Shown here: positions 44,928-46,699 of the stretch, in pieces | How the letters are laid out: each line of letters starts with the position of its first letter | Numbering within the stretch: position 1 is the first letter of the stretch | DNA from: Myxococcota bacterium | Lineage (GTDB): Bacteria; Myxococcota_A; Polyangia; Polyangiales; Sandaracinaceae | Assembly (NCBI GenBank): GCA_036149055.1 | Contig: JAYZQJ010000249.1 | Span: 1-46,699, forward strand | Length of the DNA stretch: 46,699 nt | Direction of reading: 5' to 3' | Translations under genes and position numbers: made by a program | Notes under the pieces: generated by a model | Databases searched by the model: none | Seen by the model: the letters and a program-made list of their open reading frames with translations, nothing else | Told to the model about the DNA's origin: nothing

Positions 44928-46699
44928 TCAATCGACCAGCTCTTCGAGCACCTCGCGGAGGGCGCGGAGCGGCTCGTACACGCGATCGCGGAGCTGCTCC
45001 CGGGCCCGCCGCGAGCCGGCGATCGCCTGCTGCCGGGCCCGCTCGAGGTCGGCCCCGAGGTCCCCGAGGGCGTCCTGGAGGTGCGGCCGCAGGCTCTCCC
45101 GCGGGTGGGCCCGGGCGACGGCGAGGGCCTCGGCCAGCGGCTCCACCGCCAGCTCCGCCCGCGGCAGATCGTCCTCGAAGAAGCGCCGGAGCGCGCCGCC
45201 GGCCAGCATGCCGCTCTGGAAGCCGGCGAACCGCGCCATCGCCGGGGCCACGGCCGCGCGCACGCGGCGATCGAGGGTCTCGGCGTCGAGGCCGAGGCCG
45301 CCGGCGGGCTCGGCGAGCACCCCGCGAGCCCGGGCGATCAGGCGGGCCTCGCAGGCGTCGGTGGCGGCCCGGAGGCGCTGCTCGATGACCTCGGCGAGGA
45401 ACGCGCGGTCCTCGAGGTCCGCGCCGTGCTTGGCGAAGCGGTTCGTGCGCGGGCGCACGAAGGCCAGGACCTCCTCGGCGGCGGCCACGAAGGCCTGTCG
45501 CTGCGCGGTCTCCAGGCTGCCGAGGGCCTCGTCCACCGCGTCCGGGAGCTTCGCCACGGCCGCCCGCAGGGGATCCTCGAGCGCGGTCAGCGCGGCGGCC
45601 CGCGCCTCCTCGGCCTTGGCCGCCTCGCTCTCGGTCGAGAGCGCGTCGTCGAGCAGCGCGAGCAGGCGCCCGCCGCAGGCGCGCCGCTTCAGGAGGCGCG
45701 ATCGCCCGAAGACGTCGCGCTCCAGCCGGTCGAGGAGCCGCGGGAAGCCGCTGTCGTCCCACGCCCCCTCGTCCTCGGTGAGCCGGGCCTTCAGCGCCTT
45801 CTTCGCGCTGAGGGCCACGACCTCGCCGATGTCGGGCAGCTCGGTCTTGAGCGACGCCCGCACCTTCTCGAGCTGGGGCTCGCTGAGCCGATCGACCTTG
45901 TTGAGCGCCCCGACCACGTGCCGGCGCGAGGCCCGGATCGCGCCCAGCACCTTGCCCTCGGTGGCCTTGCCCGCCTGCCCGGCGTCGAAGATCCAGAGCG
46001 CCGCGTCGGCGCGCCGCAGCGCCTCCCGGGCCAGGGCCTCGTGCTCCGGCACCGGGGCGTTGCTCCCCGGCGTGTCCAGGATCCAGACGCGCTCGAGCAC
46101 CTCGCTCGGGAGCACGATCTCCACGTGGTCGACGTGCTGGCCGGCCTCGTCGGCGGCCTCCGCCTCCTCGAGCAGCGCGCGGAGCTGGCCGTACTCGCCC
46201 TCCCGGGTCGTCCCGTCCTTGAGCACCACGCGCACCCGCCGCTCCGCCCCTCCGCGCAGCACGTTGAGGGTCGCGGTGGTGGGCAGGATGCCGGTCGGCG
46301 CCACGTCGGCGCCGACGAAGGCGTTCACCAGCGTGCTCTTGCCGGCGTTGAACTCGCCCAGGATGGCGAGCAGGAGCGGGCGGTCGAGCTCGTCCCGGAG
46401 CGCCGCGGCCCGGCGGTGCGCCTCGTCGAGGCGCTGCTCGCGGGCGAAGCGGGCCACCTCGTCGATCGCGGCCGCGAGATCGACCTCGCCGGTCGGGCCC
46501 CGCCACAGGTGACGGAGCGCGTCTCGCCGCAGCGCGCGGGCGGTGGGGAGATCCACGTCCGCCCAGACCCAGCCCCGGTCGCGCTGCTCCAGCGCCTCCT
46601 GCGCGCGCCCGGTGGCGAGGGCGAGCCGGGCGGCGGCGCGCGCGAGCCGCGGCTCCCGGATCACCTCGAGCGCGAGCGGGGCCACCGCGCCCGGGTGGC
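44928..46699 (-). CDS. Bacterial dynamin-like GTPase (5' end probably outside the window)
   Basis: G1 LGEFNAGKS, G2 LPTT, G3 LDTPG, G4 LNKVD, then a long helical region. The frame is open to the window edge. Confidence 0.88.
   Translation of the reverse strand, partial: HPGAVAPLALEVIREPRLARAAARLALATGRAQEALEQRDRGWVWADVDLPTARALRRDALRHLWRGPTGEVDLAAAIDEVARFAREQRLDEAHRRAAALRDELDRPLLLAILGEFNAGKSTLVNAFVGADVAPTGILPTTATLNVLRGGAERRVRVVLKDGTTREGEYGQLRALLEEAEAADEAGQHVDHVEIVLPSEVLERVWILDTPGSNAPVPEHEALAREALRRADAALWIFDAGQAGKATEGKVLGAIRASRRHVVGALNKVDRLSEPQLEKVRASLKTELPDIGEVVALSAKKALKARLTEDEGAWDDSGFPRLLDRLERDVFGRSRLLKRRACGGRLLALLDDALSTESEAAKAEEARAAALTALEDPLRAAVAKLPDAVDEALGSLETAQRQAFVAAAEEVLAFVRPRTNRFAKHGADLEDRAFLAEVIEQRLRAATDACEARLIARARGVLAEPAGGLGLDAETLDRRVRAAVAPAMARFAGFQSGMLAGGALRRFFEDDLPRAELAVEPLAEALAVARAHPRESLRPHLQDALGDLGADLERARQQAIAGSRRAREQLRDRVYEPLRALREVLEELVD

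Overview
High-GC bacterial chromosomal window, most consistent with a myxobacterium (Polyangiales/Sandaracinus-like). This is inferred from the TIGR02266-type PilZ gene, the AUC-started IF3 with a C-terminal tail, the Asp-Ala-Gly-rich lipoprotein linkers and the gene order. It is mostly core genome: HU, ybeY, eno, apt-surE, tRNA-Val-infC-rpmI-rplT-pheS-pheT-ihfA-merR-tRNA-Pro, argC, rplM-rpsI, plsB, and rpoN-hpf-ptsN / hprK / rapZ-ptsH-ptsI. Secreted or lipoprotein enzymes are interspersed (L,D-transpeptidase, extensin-like, metallophosphoesterases, M23 peptidase, pectate-lyase-like). No integrase, transposase or CRISPR array is seen. The most unusual signals are: (1) a 1.1 kb nested, modular palindromic repeat array at 1-1105 whose 33-nt internal core recurs at 37202-37234 between different inverted-repeat arms; (2) a biotin carboxylase homologue lacking most catalytic residues, followed by a pseudo-receiver gene; (3) an inverted hprK and a Ser-Asp-repeat lipoprotein hydrolase heading the rapZ-ptsH-ptsI unit; (4) structured non-coding regions upstream of infC and rpoN and at 24.4 kb. 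All calls come from reading the sequence and recalling family motifs; no searches were run.
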